Part shown: in pieces, positions 61,319 to 64,000 of the stretch
Numbering within the stretch: the first letter of the stretch is position 1
Layout: each line of letters opens with the position of its first letter
NCBI GenBank assembly: GCA_017654855.1
Contig: CM030333.1
Span: 3,844,001-3,908,000 of the forward strand
Source: Podospora anserina
Lineage: Eukaryota
Length of the DNA: 64,000 nucleotides
Direction: 5' to 3'
The notes under the pieces: model-generated
What the model saw: the letters and a program-made list of their open reading frames with translations, nothing else
Database searches by the model: none
What the model was told of the DNA's origin: nothing
Program-made: the position numbers and the translations under genes

Positions 61319-64000
61319 TGGTGTGGTGTGAACGCAAAGCCGAATCTGTGTAAGAGGTATATAGTCGCACTGGCCCGGAGGATGTGATCCAGTTAAGGGC
61401 CAGGAAATGTTCTAAGCTTCCCGTGTCTGTCGACCGGTTGATAGGCTGGAGGAGTTGACGGTATGTATGCACTTGTTTTCTCCAACCAGGACGCCCCCGA
61501 GTTCTTAAGAGTCTGATAGAAATTCGAGACCGGACAGGCCCCCCAAAGTGGATAACAAACCCCAGGCCCTGCTCACCAGGGGCAAAGAGTTGAATCGTGT
61601 GTGACAGGGAAAGACAGGCAGAGCGCAGTGCACGGAGATGAGGGTTGGCACATGGCAACCCCATATCTTTGCGGTGGGGGTGCACAGTACAGAAAGCTGC
61701 CAGGACAAGACCTGCCAGTGAGGACCCCTTGCCTCGACATCTTTGGTGATTTCTCCCAGAGGTACCTCTGCGGCCTGGACACGAGAGAGGCACCGGGGGA
61801 AAGGGGCCTGAGACAAGCCATCGTTGTTGTCGCGCCCCGGTAGCTATCCGAGCTGTTGAGAATTGGGGGGTACACAACGCACAACGGCGTCCGAGGCGAG
61901 CAGTCGGGTATCCAGGACCCTGGCTTGACAGCTCAAAGCGGAAAAGCCGCCGTCGAGATACATGATGAGACATGCCCAGAAGAAGAGAAAAAGCTGCTGC
62001 AAGAGGCAAAGAGTGATGAAACCGCTTAGACCAGTTCAGGGCCGACCGAGCATCCCTGCTAGGAAGACAGGGGGCTTCCACCGCAGCCCCACCACCCAGG
62101 CATCTCGCCGCAACCCAAGACTGGACGTGCCTGTCCATATCTGGCCGCCGCTATGAACTACTCCTCCACAGATATCTTCCAGCAGACCAATGGGTGACCC
62201 ATGGCTAAATGAAGGGACGTTGGTAGAGCTGGGGTGCAGCATCTGAGAGTGCAGCATGTGCGGAATAGCCAGCACGGCATCAATGTCGACGCAAACCTTC
62301 CGTGCTCTGAAGAGACGGAATAAAATAAAGAAAGAGAGGGCAGAGCCAGAAGAAAGCAGTGGCCGGAAAATGTCCTGAAAGTTTCATGGATATCTGAGCT
62401 TTGCAGTTGACGTTCATGCCGATTACCTGCTGGTTTCAGAAGAGGAGCTCCCGTCTTCAGTGTCCGGCTGTTGCGGATCGATACCGAAAAGGTTGAATCG
62501 GCAGTCTTGTTGAAGATGGATGCAGAACCTGGTATCATCCCTTCTCCTCAACGACCCCGCAATCAGAGGCTTGGGAGCTCATCGGAGACGGGAACGCGAT
62601 AGAACCCCTCTTCATAACCCAGTGCCTACCCAGTAGTTGGCCTAGCTTGAGAGCGGGAGGCAACATGACATCCAGCCCGTGGATATGTCGGTTCTGAGGG
62701 TCCTTGCAACGACGCCGGGTCAGTGGTTGCTCAGGAAGATATCCCGATACCGCTCCTACTTCTGCTCGACACGATTCTTCAGGGCCTCTCTACGAGTGGG
62801 CATACATGGTGAGATTATGAAGATTGTAACATCGCGCTGGTCAGGGTGATGGGCTAGGCCGATGCTTGATGGCTCGCACGGACCTCTCAACTTTGCGATG
62901 CTGTAACTAAACAGCTGATTGGTGGGCTGGTGCATGAAGGAGTCGTAGGGACTGGAAAGGTGAATGAAGAAGCCTGCTTGAGGCGTCTGAGAGCGGCTGT
63001 ATCCTGTGATCGGTTGCGTAAGAAGAGGAACAAGCGCGAGATTCGCAATCGCTTCGCGGCAATCCCACGTTAACGGTTGTTGCGCCTCAGATCGACGTCC
63101 AGCTCACCAGTGTCATCTAAACTGGCACCTTCCCGGCAGGGCAACGGTAGTTGATGGCGCCGGCGATATGGGGACGGAGCCATCCGCGTGAGCTCAGGCA
63201 TTCTCTTGGTGTGACGGAGTCGAGGATGGACGTTGGCAGTGGGGTCCTGTTCGAACCATGATCCATCTCGAGGACAAACAACTGCCCCACTATGCGGTCC
63301 GATAATTGCTTCACGTTGGGCGGGAGGGCATGAAGCCGGTGGCAAGATCGAAGACATCACTGAATGAATCACTGTAGTGTATCATGGAACTTGTTTCTGC
63401 TCGAACCTGGCAGAAATTGGCCACTGTCATGCGTCCAAAAATGGAAGATCTTGAAGTTGAATGACACTCCATGGCAGGCAGCATGGAAGTGAGGGGTAAG
63501 GTGAATTGCGGGACGTTACTAGCGGCGTTCGTAAAAGGAACTCAACTCAACACCACCACCAGCAAAATAACCTACTTCGTGAGCTCTGGCCGCCGCCGCT
63601 AATCATAGAAATCAGTTCTCTTGCTCGTTATTTCCACGTGGCGGGTTCGATCTTCGTTTGCGGCATGTTCTAGTCATGATCCAGGCCTTCTTCCTGCTTG
63701 GCTTTTAACGGCCGTCAGAGAAGCAGAGAACCTCATCTTCGAATCCGCCCTGCCCAGAGACGCCGCCTTTGCAACAGCAGGACAAGCCGCTAACTTGTCA
63801 ATGCGCTTCATGACTCCAGCCTAATTCAGGATGGTCGAGAACAGACCTTGGAAGGCCATGTGCCTCAAGACAGACACAGCTAAACCTTGTGGACCACACA
63901 TTCTTGACCATATTGACAAAGGGGACTGACACATGTGCGTTGCATGCAGATACCTATCTACATACACATCAACAACCCATCTCTTCCCTCGTTGGCAACG

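Noticed and set aside
61400-64000. Assorted short ORFs here and in 11.1-14.7 kb, 21.2-24.5 kb and 26-29.8 kb
   Set aside because: No domains or coding-like composition; consistent with long promoter/UTR regions of the neighbouring genes.

Overview
Intron-containing fungal genomic DNA from a filamentous ascomycete. Gene content and dispersed 5S genes suggest Sordariales, Podospora-like (inference). The window has three zones. (1) 1-8 kb: a decayed accessory patch with three intron-containing tRNAs, a HET-domain pseudogene and two other disrupted genes. (2) 9-35 kb: core genes, namely glutamine synthetase, a large disordered protein with one in-frame UAG (candidate for A-to-I stop correction), a Nit-family amidase, spermidine synthase, a group II G-alpha, a GH3 beta-glucosidase with an in-frame UGA and a GH10 xylanase. 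(3) 35.2-57.4 kb: an immune-gene island bracketed by a full 5S gene and a half 5S gene, followed by a Uds1-domain gene. The top finding is in zone 3. Manual splicing reveals a 154-aa single-pass membrane protein (35886-36409) with two C-terminal pseudo-repeats (QIGTSWNSNVMYGGKQKAKNMTF / HVGDTFNSNVLHEGAKQEIDSMTFG). The adjacent NACHT-ankyrin-ZZ NLR carries one copy of a similar motif (HSGHNVHSNSNMGYQRIGVMNL) just before its NACHT domain. This is the R0 / R1-R2 layout of NLR-amyloid signalling pairs such as nwd2/het-S, but I do not recognise the motif or the effector type. The island also holds an AAA ATPase, a secreted esterase-like hydrolase, a SesB-like/NB-ARC/TPR NLR with about 19 near-identical 126-bp repeats, and NLR and RIP-like relics. 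All gene models were built by eye and no database searches were run.
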